Shown: positions 18,700 through 26,862 of the stretch, one piece after another
Layout of the letters: the number at the start of each line of letters is the position of its first letter
How positions within the stretch are numbered: position 1 is the stretch's first letter
From: a virus
Length of the DNA stretch: 64,000 bases
Strand: one strand, 5' to 3'
Virus record (IMG/VR): IMGVR_UViG_3300036828_000247
Span: 3,961-67,960 of that record
Notes under the pieces: generated by a model
Databases searched by the model: none
Seen by the model: only the letters and a program-made list of their open reading frames with translations
What the model was told of the DNA's origin: nothing
Made by a program: the position numbers and the translations under genes

Positions 18700-19220
18700 C
18701 CATACCTTGCCCATGGGTGGTAACTGTGCGTAATGCACAGCCACCGGGCGCTGTTAACTGTGCGTAATGCACCCCATTTCGGCCTTTGTTTCGGCCCCAT
18801 TTACCCTTTACTCTGGGTAATGGCGACATATGCAGACAATGCCGTTCCATCCCTTACCATTCACATAACAATGCATTGGCCTGAATGGTACAGAATAGGT
18901 CGGGATTTCGGTGGTAAAACACCTGGTTGCACCACATGTTTGCACGGAAAGGCGGCCATTTAAATGCATTGTTCGCCATTGTCTCAATGCATTTCCGAAA
19001 GTCGCGTTTTGTCGTCCGAATAGAGAAAATCGCTGTCTTTTACCTTACTTAGGGACCCCGCGCGAGCATCGCCATACCATGCTTACTTACCTTACTTACC
19101 TATATAACCTACTAAATAGGCTCTCCACCAGGCGAAAGGTCCTTTTTCTGTTATTTCACGACCCCACCTTAGTTAGGTAAGTTAGGTAACTAAGCATGGT
19201 ATGGGCGAGCCCCTAAGTAA
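18700..19220. other. AT-rich non-coding control region (candidate origin or packaging region)
   Basis: TAACTGTGCGTAATGCAC twice (18721, 18755); CTTAC/CTTACC runs at 19040-19100 facing GTAAG/GTTAG runs at 19171-19194; lies between divergent gene blocks. Confidence 0.5.
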
Positions 19221-19476
19221 CCCCCTTACGGCCCCGTTTGCTCCGAGCCGAGTCACGTCCCCGCGACCCAGACGGATACCCCAGTTTACCCCACCACCCA
19301 CACCCCAGTGCCCCACCCGGCCCACTGTAGGGCCGCATAACCCCAGCCCCGGCCCACCGACCCCAGCCCGGCCGCGCTCGGGGCGAGCGCGCCGACCCCG
19401 ATGGGCCATATGAACCCCCCAGTTAACGGCCGGCGAAACGGCCGACATTTACCCCAGGAAAGGCCGAGAGAAAGGC

Positions 19477-19505
19477 TAGCCATTCAGCAGGAGCGAGCGT
19501 AGACT
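19477..19505 (+). promoter_or_regulatory. Phage promoter TAGCCA-N17-TAGACT
   Basis: Family motif; ATG 6 nt after the -10. Confidence 0.6.
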
Positions 19506-19511
19506 AGGGGT

Positions 19512-19889
19512 ATGACCGGGCGAAGGAAAACCAGGAAGAGCAAATCCGACGAAACAACGGCCGCCTTTATTGTTGCGGCCGCAGCGGTGTTCGCGATTTA
19601 CACCGCCCACCTGTGGGGCTGGGTTTGCGTTACGGCCGCCATCGCGCTAGTCAGCTACGCGGCCGGCCGACGCCGTAAGCGGCACCGCGCCCCGGCCGCG
19701 CGCCGACCCCCACGGCTACGCGCCCCGCGCGGCCGACGCCGTACCGTTACGCTCAGCGCCGCGTGCGCCGGTAACGACCACCCCCTGTGCCGCGACCGGC
19801 TGTGTAACTGCCTTTGCGACCACCCCCACCGCCAGCGCGCCTACGCGGGCGACGCCCCGCTACCCGCCGACGACGTGCCCCCGTTCTAA
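19512..19889 (+). CDS. Membrane protein with C-terminal Cys cluster
   Basis: Two TM segments; CRDRLCNCLCDH. Confidence 0.55.
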   Translation: MTGRRKTRKSKSDETTAAFIVAAAAVFAIYTAHLWGWVCVTAAIALVSYAAGRRRKRHRAPAARRPPRLRAPRGRRRTVTLSAACAGNDHPLCRDRLCNCLCDHPHRQRAYAGDAPLPADDVPPF

Positions 19890-19946
19890 AAAAGTTCAGG
19901 AAAACCGGCCGCGCGGGTAGCGCGCGCCCCATTCCTGAGGTACACT
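19888..19946 (+). promoter_or_regulatory. Cassette promoter: AAAAAAGTTCAGGAAAA upstream element + TAGCGC-N17-TACACT
   Basis: Near-identical copy at 20356-20414; variants with -10 at 20941, 21598, 22478, 23084 and 23512. Confidence 0.7.
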
Positions 19947-19952
19947 AAGGCT

Positions 19953-20141
19953 ATGAGCGAAACGCTGAGGGTGATGATGAGGTTCCCGACCGTAGACCGC
20001 GCCGTCCGTAGTGCGGCCGCTTCGGCCCGTAAGTACGGCCCTAAGTTCGCGGTGATTGAGGACCGCGACCCGGCCGGGGGCGGCGACGCCTACCCGTACG
20101 CGGTAGTTACCCCCTACGCCTACCCTTACAACGCGCGCTAG
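19953..20141 (+). CDS. Small early protein, leaderless
   Basis: ATG 6 nt after TACACT. Confidence 0.6.
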   Translation: MSETLRVMMRFPTVDRAVRSAAASARKYGPKFAVIEDRDPAGGGDAYPYAVVTPYAYPYNAR

Positions 20142-20191
20142 CAAAAACCGGGCCCCGGCTACGCGGGGCCCTAAACCGGGCGAAGGAGAAA

Positions 20192-20356
20192 ATGATGCTT
20201 GCGATTATCAACCTGCTGATCGTTCACCTGATCGGCGCGATTCACGGTGACGTGGGGCCGAGCGGGTTCTGGCTCTGGGTTCAGCCGCCGCACGCCTACC
20301 TAGGCGCGGGGATTACCGGCTACCACCCCAGCGCGATCTGGCAGTACCAGCGCTGA
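20192..20356 (+). CDS. Small early protein (54 aa, MMLAIINLLIVHLIGAIHG...)
   Basis: CCGGGCGAAGGAGAAA RBS; hand-translated; below the track cut-off. Confidence 0.6.
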   Translation: MMLAIINLLIVHLIGAIHGDVGPSGFWLWVQPPHAYLGAGITGYHPSAIWQYQR

Positions 20357-20448
20357 AAAAAGTTCAGGAAAACGGCCCCGCGCGGTAGCGCGCGGCCCGT
20401 TCCTGAGGTACACTAGGCGTAGGACGAACCGGGCGAAGGAGAAAACTG

Positions 20449-20694
20449 ATGGACGCACGACCGACTTTCACTGAGTGGCTTAGGGCTAACGCTGCGCTTG
20501 AGCGCGCGGAGCGCCGTTACCCGCGCGGGGACGCTAGGCTGGCCCCGTACCAGGATCGCGTTGCGGCCGCTAGCGTAGCCGATACCACCGCCGTGTACGC
20601 GCTGTACGGCCGGGCCCGTTACTACCGGCCGGGGCACTTCAACTACCACCGGTCGCTAAGCGGCCGGGTATTCCTTGAGCTGACCGCGCGCTAA
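20449..20694 (+). CDS. Small early protein
   Basis: Promoter + CCGGGCGAAGGAG RBS + terminator cassette. Confidence 0.65.
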   Translation: MDARPTFTEWLRANAALERAERRYPRGDARLAPYQDRVAAASVADTTAVYALYGRARYYRPGHFNYHRSLSGRVFLELTAR

Positions 20695-20706
20695 CCGCGC
20701 GCCCCG

Positions 20707-20738
20707 ACGGCCCGCCAGCTACGGCTAGCGGGCCGTTT
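20707..20738 (+). terminator. Intrinsic terminator with c(UACG)g loop
   Basis: ACGGCCCGCCAGC-TACG-GCTAGCGGGCCGT-TT. Confidence 0.65.
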
Positions 20739-20969
20739 GCGCACCCGGGGTCGGCGCAGAAAACCGGGCGGAACCGACCCGATGGGCTGCACGGCCCGCA
20801 TCTGTCCCCTGCCGGCACGACCCCACGTTCGCACCCACTTACCCACGGGGTCGGCTGCAGTGCGCCCCTGGGACAGATTACGGCGGAAAAATTTCTTGAA
20901 AATAGTTCAGGGAAACGGGCGCAGCGCGCCTGCAGTACGGTACACTAAGGGCGTAGGCAAAACTGAACA

Positions 20970-21089
20970 GGGGCTGGGAGCGCGAACGTAGTCTGGCGAC
21001 CCCCGATGAGTAGGATTTGGTTCCTGCCAGTAGGGTCCGGGTGAATCTGAACTTCAGTACCGACCAGCGTTAATCGTGCTCCCGGCCCC
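20970..21089 (+). ncRNA. Candidate ~120-nt structured RNA or leader
   Basis: 16-bp closing stem GGGGCTGGGAGCGCGA/TCGTGCTCCCGGCCCC with two G-U pairs and internal stems, directly after a promoter. Confidence 0.55.
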
Positions 21090-21114
21090 GGCTCCGACCA
21101 GCGAAAGGAATCTC

Positions 21115-21246
21115 ATGTTTTCCGACTCAGCGTTTGACCCGTTCGACGAGATGTACCAGGACGACGAGCCGCTGTCGCCACTTGACGCTGAGTATGAGGC
21201 GTCAGAATACGCGGACGAGGACGAGGACGAGGACGGCGAAAACTGA
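21115..21246 (+). CDS. Extremely acidic 43-aa peptide
   Basis: GAAAGGA RBS; MFSDSAFDPFDEMYQDDEPLSPLDAEYEASEYADEDEDEDGEN. Confidence 0.6.
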   Translation: MFSDSAFDPFDEMYQDDEPLSPLDAEYEASEYADEDEDEDGEN

Positions 21247-21488
21247 TGACGACCCCGTACCGCCGCGATGACGTTGAGCGCCGCGTGATGAACGACCGCG
21301 ACGACATTCCGCTGGTGACCTTCACCACCACGGGTAACGGCTACGTTGACGTGTGGGTGGCCGGCCAGCTGGTTCACAGCGAGTACGCGGCCGAGGATGG
21401 GCGTACTACCGGCCGCGACCAGTTCACCGCCGACGCCATCGCCCGCGCGCTAGCCCGCGTGACCGCGATGGGCTGCCTGGACGACTAG
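21246..21488 (+). CDS. Small early protein
   Basis: TGATG coupling to the upstream peptide; terminator follows. Confidence 0.6.
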   Translation: MTTPYRRDDVERRVMNDRDDIPLVTFTTTGNGYVDVWVAGQLVHSEYAAEDGRTTGRDQFTADAIARALARVTAMGCLDD

Positions 21489-21500
21489 GCCCCGCGCGCT

Positions 21501-21525
21501 AGGCCCGGCTACGGCCGGGCCTTTT
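21501..21525 (+). terminator. Intrinsic terminator with c(UACG)g loop
   Basis: AGGCCCGGC-TACG-GCCGGGCCT-TTT. Confidence 0.8.
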
Positions 21526-21646
21526 GCGTCCCGGCCCCGATGCAAAAAAATCTTGAAAAAGATCAGCTAAACCGACGCCAGTACGCTGATCCTGAGGTAA
21601 GGTTGGGGTTGTAAGGTTAACCGGGCGAAAGAGGAGGGAAGGGGCC

Positions 21647-22261
21647 GTGAAGGTTGAGCTGATCTACGGGCCGAACACCAAGGGTGCGGAGCTCCGGGTT
21701 CACAAGGCCGGCTGCCGGGATATCGGCCGCGAGCGTAAGGGAGCCACCAGCTCAACGATCCAGGAAGTTTCCAGCGCCGCGATGGCGGCCGAGGACTTCT
21801 ACCAGGACTTTATCGCCGAAGGCAGTATGACGGCCGAGGACGCCCTCGGCTACACCGAATTCCTGCCCTGTACCGCAGGGCTCCCAACCGAGGAGAACGA
21901 AATGACTACCGCTACCAAGACCCCCGTGACCGCGACCACCCCGGCCCAGGACGCCGAAGCCGCGCTGCTCGCCGGCGTGCGTACCGACCCGAAGCCGGCG
22001 AAGGCGACCCCCGCGAAGAAGACCCCGGCGAAGGCTGCCGCGAAGACCCCGGCCCCGGCGAAGACTGCCGCGAAGACCCCGGCCCCGGCGAAGACCGCGA
22101 CCGAGAAGATCCTGCGGCCCGCGTCGAAGACCGTCGTGGCCTACGTGAGCTGGCTGAAGGCCGAGCTCGGCCCGGCCGAGTGGGCGAAGCTGGCGAAGGA
22201 CCCTGAGCGCCTCGCCCAGGTTTCCCTGACGAACTACGGCGCGTACCGCGCGCAGAAGTAG
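21647..22261 (+). CDS. Two-domain protein with PAK(T/A) histone-like repeats; probable internal start at 21902
   Basis: AKTPAPAKTAAKTPAPAK repeats; GAGGAG RBS before ATG 21902. Confidence 0.65.
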   Translation: MKVELIYGPNTKGAELRVHKAGCRDIGRERKGATSSTIQEVSSAAMAAEDFYQDFIAEGSMTAEDALGYTEFLPCTAGLPTEENEMTTATKTPVTATTPAQDAEAALLAGVRTDPKPAKATPAKKTPAKAAAKTPAPAKTAAKTPAPAKTATEKILRPASKTVVAYVSWLKAELGPAEWAKLAKDPERLAQVSLTNYGAYRAQK

Positions 22262-22276
22262 GCGCGCGACGCGGAG

Positions 22277-22302
22277 GGCCCCGGCTACGGCCGGGGCCTT
22301 TT
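22277..22302 (+). terminator. Intrinsic terminator with c(UACG)g loop
   Basis: GGCCCCGGC-TACG-GCCGGGGCC-TTTT; identical copy at 22867-22892, variant at 23427-23452. Confidence 0.85.
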
Positions 22303-22519
22303 GCGTCCCAGAACGGGGCTGCCCCCGTGCGGCCCTGCATTGGCACCTGTGGCCACTACCCCCATCCCCCACCCACTTACCCACCGGCGAGCTGCAGTGC
22401 GTTTTCCCTGGTCAGCGCATCGCGAAAATTTCCTGAAGAAATCCGCCGAAATCGCCCCGCGCGCCCCATTCCTGAGGTACACTTGCCGTGTAGGCGGAAC
22501 CGGGCAAAGGAGAAAACTG

Positions 22520-22855
22520 ATGATCAAGGCTACTGAGACCCAGATCGAGTACCTCGAGAAGACCCTGACCCAGCACGAGCTGTACTGGGGCCACTACGAC
22601 CGGCTGTGGGCGATGCTTGAGGCCCACCGGATTGCCGAGGCCGCCGACGCGCGGGGCGTCGAGCGTGACGGAGCCCTGATGAGCCGGTACCAGACCGACC
22701 TGATCATCGGCTGGGTGAACCGTCAGATCGGCCACCGTAACCTGCGGCCGCTGCCCGAGGGCCCCGCGCGTCGGCCCGGCTGCCGGCACCGCGCCGACCG
22801 GAACGGTAACTGCGTGACCTGCGGCGCTGAGATGGCCGACCCCGGCCTGCGGTAG
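22520..22855 (+). CDS. Small early protein with C-terminal Zn ribbon
   Basis: CCGGGCAAAGGAGAAAA RBS; ATETQIEYL; CRH...CVTCG. Confidence 0.65.
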   Translation: MIKATETQIEYLEKTLTQHELYWGHYDRLWAMLEAHRIAEAADARGVERDGALMSRYQTDLIIGWVNRQIGHRNLRPLPEGPARRPGCRHRADRNGNCVTCGAEMADPGLR

Positions 22856-22880
22856 TCGCTAGCGAGGGCCCCGGCTACGG

Positions 22881-23018
22881 CCGGGGCCTTTTGCGTACAG
22901 GCCATCCTAGGGCCGAGCAGCCCCACCCCGGCTAGCCCGACCCACACCCGGGGCCTTTTGCGTACAGGCCATCCTAGGGCCGAGCAGCCCCACCCCGGCT
23001 AGCCCGACCCACACCCGG
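22881..23018. repeat. Perfect 67-bp tandem duplication
   Basis: 22881-22947 is identical to 22948-23014. Confidence 0.9.
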
Positions 23019-23126
23019 TCGGCCCGGCATAAAGAATCTTGAAAATAGTTCAGGAAAACGGGCGCAGCGCGCCTGCAGTACGGTACACTAAGGGCGTAGG
23101 CAAAACCGGGCGGAAGGACCTAGGAA

Positions 23127-23408
23127 ATGACCATTGACAACCTGATCGCTGAGCTTGAGGACGCGCGCGAGAACCTGGGCGGCAACGCCGAGGTGCGTAT
23201 CGCGTACCAGGAAAACTACCCGCTGCGCGGTACCGTCGCGCGGGTGACCGTGCCTGAGGACGAGGACCCGTACGACGAGGGCGAGCGGGCCGTGGGCCAG
23301 GACGCTGACGGCGGAATGGTCTGGATCGCGGTCGGGTCGGCCCCGTATGACGAGAACCCGTACGGGCCCCGGTGGGCCTGGGGCGGCGGAAGCGAGTGGG
23401 ACCGCTAG
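23127..23408 (+). CDS. Small acidic early protein
   Basis: MTIDNLIAELE...EVRIAYQENYPL; cassette context. Confidence 0.7.
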   Translation: MTIDNLIAELEDARENLGGNAEVRIAYQENYPLRGTVARVTVPEDEDPYDEGERAVGQDADGGMVWIAVGSAPYDENPYGPRWAWGGGSEWDR

Positions 23409-23523
23409 GCCCCGCGCGCTAGCTAAGGCCCCGGCTACCGGCCGGGGCTTTTGCGCATAAAGAATCTTGAAGAAGTTCAGGGAAACGGCGCGCAGCGGGC
23501 CTGCAGTAGGGTACGCTTGGGCT

Positions 23524-23817
23524 ATGAGCGTTAATGAGATTACCTGGGGCCGGAAGATGCGGCCGAAGAAGGCCGATCAGGGCCACTCCGTGGTACGTTA
23601 CGGCTGGCGCCGTGACCCGTTCTACGCGCCGCGTACCCGTAGCTACGTCCGCTGTGAGTGCGGCCGCTGCTACTCGAGCCAGGGCGAGGGCGGCGAGCGT
23701 GCCCACCGTAGCTGGGAGGCCCACCGCGCGGCCGAGATCGAGAAGAACCAGAACTGCTCAATCACCGCGCCGCACCTGGCCCACTCGGGTCGGCTCGAGC
23801 TTTGCCGGGGCCGGTGA
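23524..23817 (+). CDS. Small Zn-finger early protein, leaderless
   Basis: ATG 6 nt after TACGCT; CECG...WEAH. Confidence 0.6.
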   Translation: MSVNEITWGRKMRPKKADQGHSVVRYGWRRDPFYAPRTRSYVRCECGRCYSSQGEGGERAHRSWEAHRAAEIEKNQNCSITAPHLAHSGRLELCRGR

Positions 23818-24047
23818 ACTGCGCCGAGTGCGGCGGCCGGGCCCACCTTCCCGAGGAGTGCCCGGCCGCTGTGTGGTACGCGGCGGGCACCACCGGGGCC
23901 TGCGAGGACTGGTTCGTCCGGCACGACCCCGAGGGCCGCGCGCTAGCGCCGACCCACGGCTACGGCACGGTGGCCTACCACCAGGCCGTCGCTGACGGCG
24001 TGGAGATGGCGCACCTGGCCGGAGGCTGCGGCGCGCACGGGCTCTAG
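23814..24047 (+). CDS. Small Cys/His protein
   Basis: GTGA coupling; CAECGGRAHLPEECP. Confidence 0.5.
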   Translation: MNCAECGGRAHLPEECPAAVWYAAGTTGACEDWFVRHDPEGRALAPTHGYGTVAYHQAVADGVEMAHLAGGCGAHGL

Positions 24048-24167
24048 CCCGGCCGCGCGCCCACCCCGCCAGCCCCAGCCAGCCCAGCCAGCCGAGAGGG
24101 CCAATTCCCTACCAACCCGCCCGGGATTAGCGGCAGGAGCCCAGCCGGCCCAGCAGGCCGTGCAGCC

Positions 24168-24268
24168 AGCATGGGTCCAGCCAGCATGGTGCATGTGGGT
24201 GCATGTGCATGTGGGTGCATGTGGCATGCGGGTGCATGTGGCATGTGCATGTGTGCGTGCGTGCGTGC
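24168..24268. repeat. GCATGT/GCGT low-complexity tandem array
   Basis: Repeated GCATG(T) units followed by GTGC repeats. Confidence 0.8.
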
Positions 24269-24449
24269 CTCAGTCTAGCGAGCGGATGCGCAGGGGCACA
24301 AGCCACGGCATCAGCACCGCGTCGGCGCGCCACAGCGCGCAGCACTCCTCGCATAGCGGCAGCTCGTTGCCCGATGGCTGCGCGGTCCATATGTACGCGG
24401 CAGGCTCGCCGCAGTAGCACTTCACGCCGCACACACCGGGCAGAATTTC

Positions 24450-24536
24450 TCGCGCAAACTCAAGCATGCTTCGCGCAAACTCAAGCATGATTCGCTGAAA
24501 CTCAAGCATGCTTTGTGCCCCCGGGAAAGCATGCTT
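24450..24536. repeat. Three 21-bp tandem repeats TCGCGCAAACTCAAGCATGCT plus a fourth AAGCATGCTT palindrome (iteron-like)
   Basis: Units at 24450, 24471, 24492; palindrome at 24527. Confidence 0.85.
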
Positions 24537-24630
24537 CGCCTAGCACTCCGACCACCGGTGCGCGGCCATATCCCAGCACCCGGCCGCAAAGGTCCAGGCA
24601 GCGATATCGAACCATGTACCAGCATCCAGC

Positions 24631-26661
24631 TCACAGCTTCTCCTTGGTCGTGGTCCAGTAGTGCGTGAGGATGCCGCCTACCTGGCCACGGCGTCCCTTG
24701 CGCTCGTTGCGGATACCCATGTCCGCCTTGATGGGATCGTACATGTGGTTGTCCCACTTGAGCCCGGCCGCTAGCGCACGCCGCTTAACCTCCGGCACGG
24801 TGTAGGTGTCCTCCTGATCGAACAGTGCCTCAAGGAACTCACGCCACGCGTTCTTGGCCACCGGCTCAGGCCCACGCCGTTTCGGCTCACCGTTGGCCAG
24901 AATGTCGGCCGTGATACTGACCTCACCGTGCCACTCCACCCGGGGCACAAACCCACCGACATCATCGGCCACGATCTCGCTGTCCTCGATCGTGTACGCC
25001 AGCGCGACATCCTTGCGCCGCTTGACGTTGTTGGCCTTGACAACCGCAATGGCCCGGCCGTCCTCGATCTCATACGACTCGGGCAGCCTACCGGCGATCA
25101 GGTGGGTGCGGGCAACCGCACCGAACGCTACCGACCCTCCACCGCGCGAGGATGCCCCCTGCTTGGCGTCCTTGTTGAAGTGCCTAATTAGCCACGCACC
25201 GCATCGTTCCTGGCCCAGGGCAACAACTAGCGGCGCGAGCGCACGCCGTACCGACGCATCGTTATAGCTGTTGATGCTCTCACCGAGGAACGCCGCCACG
25301 GGGTCCACGATCACCAGGCCGATCTTCCACTGGCGTATCCACTGATGGAACGTCCGCACGTCCTCCGGGAAGGTAATCAGGTTGCCACCGAAGTATGCCT
25401 TCTGCTGCTTCGGCTTCCCGCGCGCCCCAGACACTTCACGCAGCTCAATGTCCGGGGAGAAGATCCGCGCCAGGTCAGCCCCGGCCGCAACCAGCCGATC
25501 GGCCTGGACCGACTCCTGATCCTCGGGCGCGAGGAACAGCACGTTGCCGGCCGGCACCAGCACCTCGCTCTCACACGGCATACCGCGCCCCTGGCTAAAC
25601 CGCGCGGCGATGTCATCACTCACCACAGACTTCCCGGCCCCGGCCTCGGCGTCCACGATCGTGGCGTCACCCTCGGCGATGTAGCGGTGCCAGATCCACT
25701 TTGTCCGCTTGCGCTTCACCGTGGCGAACGAGTGAAGCCCGACGCGAGCAGCAACCTGTGGCGCCAGGGGCCTGCTTGCATCGATCAGCGCGGCTTCCTC
25801 GGGGGTGGCATCCGCGATGGGACGCCGGCCAGGGCGATGGAGCAGCCCACGCACATCGTCCTCGGTCCACGGCTCACTGCGCCGGAACAATGGCATCTGC
25901 TGCGCAATCTTCCAGGCCCGGAAGAACACGTACTCATCATCCTCGTGCGTGCGCGCTAGCTCATCAATCAGCTCCAGCAGCGCACCGTGCTGCTCACCGG
26001 AGATCGCATCCAGGCAGGCCTGCTCGAGCACACCGAGCTCTTCCCGGCCGCGCGAGCCGTTACCGCGCGCACCACGCTTGGCAGCCAGGGCTGCCTCGAT
26101 GTAGGAGCGTATGCCGTCGGAGGACGGATTGCCGTTGGGTGCCACTAGAGCTGACTTGGCTTTGTAGCGCACCATGCGGCCGCCATTGACGGGGTCCTTG
26201 CTCGGGCGCACCGTGGGCGGGATGAAGCAGAAGCCACCCTCGGCCTTGAGGTCAAGACCCGGAGCGAACGATGGGTGCATGCCGATCCCGAGCGGCGCGA
26301 TGTAGAGGTGCGTGCCGCCCGAGGACGTGCTCACCTCCCAGTAAACCTCCGGGCCGTCGTCCCCGAGGTCCCGGGACATCTGGGCAAATGAGAGCTGCCC
26401 GCCTGAGCGCGGATCAATGTCAATAACGTCATACGCAACACCGGTGACTGCGCCCAGCGCGTCCCGGGCATCGAACCTGTCAATGGGCCTGAGATTCGGC
26501 CGTGTCTTCTCCCACGACTTCCAGCGCGGGTCGCGCCTGCCGTCAGGATTGCCGAGTCGGTCCAGGCGTCCAGTGATGATGGGAACACCAAGGCCAACGA
26601 GGGTCCGCGCGTCATCAAGCGCTCGGACTAGCGCTTCATCGCGTGGTACGGTATCATTCAA
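24631..26661 (-). CDS. Bifunctional primase-polymerase fused to a RepA/AAA_25-type helicase
   Basis: DVIDIDPRSGG and TSSGGTHLY (Prim-Pol); AEAGAGKS, LVIVDP, IRHFNK (helicase). Confidence 0.9.
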   Translation of the reverse strand: MNDTVPRDEALVRALDDARTLVGLGVPIITGRLDRLGNPDGRRDPRWKSWEKTRPNLRPIDRFDARDALGAVTGVAYDVIDIDPRSGGQLSFAQMSRDLGDDGPEVYWEVSTSSGGTHLYIAPLGIGMHPSFAPGLDLKAEGGFCFIPPTVRPSKDPVNGGRMVRYKAKSALVAPNGNPSSDGIRSYIEAALAAKRGARGNGSRGREELGVLEQACLDAISGEQHGALLELIDELARTHEDDEYVFFRAWKIAQQMPLFRRSEPWTEDDVRGLLHRPGRRPIADATPEEAALIDASRPLAPQVAARVGLHSFATVKRKRTKWIWHRYIAEGDATIVDAEAGAGKSVVSDDIAARFSQGRGMPCESEVLVPAGNVLFLAPEDQESVQADRLVAAGADLARIFSPDIELREVSGARGKPKQQKAYFGGNLITFPEDVRTFHQWIRQWKIGLVIVDPVAAFLGESINSYNDASVRRALAPLVVALGQERCGAWLIRHFNKDAKQGASSRGGGSVAFGAVARTHLIAGRLPESYEIEDGRAIAVVKANNVKRRKDVALAYTIEDSEIVADDVGGFVPRVEWHGEVSITADILANGEPKRRGPEPVAKNAWREFLEALFDQEDTYTVPEVKRRALAAGLKWDNHMYDPIKADMGIRNERKGRRGQVGGILTHYWTTTKEKL

Positions 26662-26799
26662 GGGGTAGTCCTTCGTGGTTGTTGCTATCTCCCGTTTCGG
26701 GTGGCGCTACTGCGAAACTCCTTCCTCCGCCCGGTGGAAGCTGTGGGGGGCCGGTGACTTAGGTCGCCGGCTCCCCTCAAACTTTTCTTAGGGGCTTCT

Positions 26800-26828
26800 A
26801 TCCTACTCCGCTACCTGCCTGTACGCTA
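26800..26828 (-). promoter_or_regulatory. Primase promoter TAGCGT-N17-TAGGAT
   Basis: Family motif on the minus strand; leader hairpin at 26746-26776. Confidence 0.55.
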
Positions 26829-26862
26829 GGCGTAGTATAACCGGGAGACTAGAGGAGGGGCA

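Noticed and set aside
17866-19483. ORFs across the control region (17866-18744 and others)
   Set aside because: No RBS or motifs and repeat-laden, atypical composition; treated as non-coding.
21002-21035. Hammerhead ribozyme (CCGATGAG followed by a stem)
   Set aside because: The core reads CCGAUGA rather than CUGAUGA, and the required GAAA after stem II is missing.
19880-23520. Regularly recurring repeats resembling a CRISPR array, plus a Cas4-like gene elsewhere
   Set aside because: The repeats are promoters and terminators separated by whole genes of variable length; the Cas4-like nuclease sits in a Sak4/SSB recombination module and no other cas genes were seen.
24044-24490. His/Cys/Met-rich ORFs over the GCATGT tract
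   Set aside because: Translation artefacts of a simple-sequence repeat.
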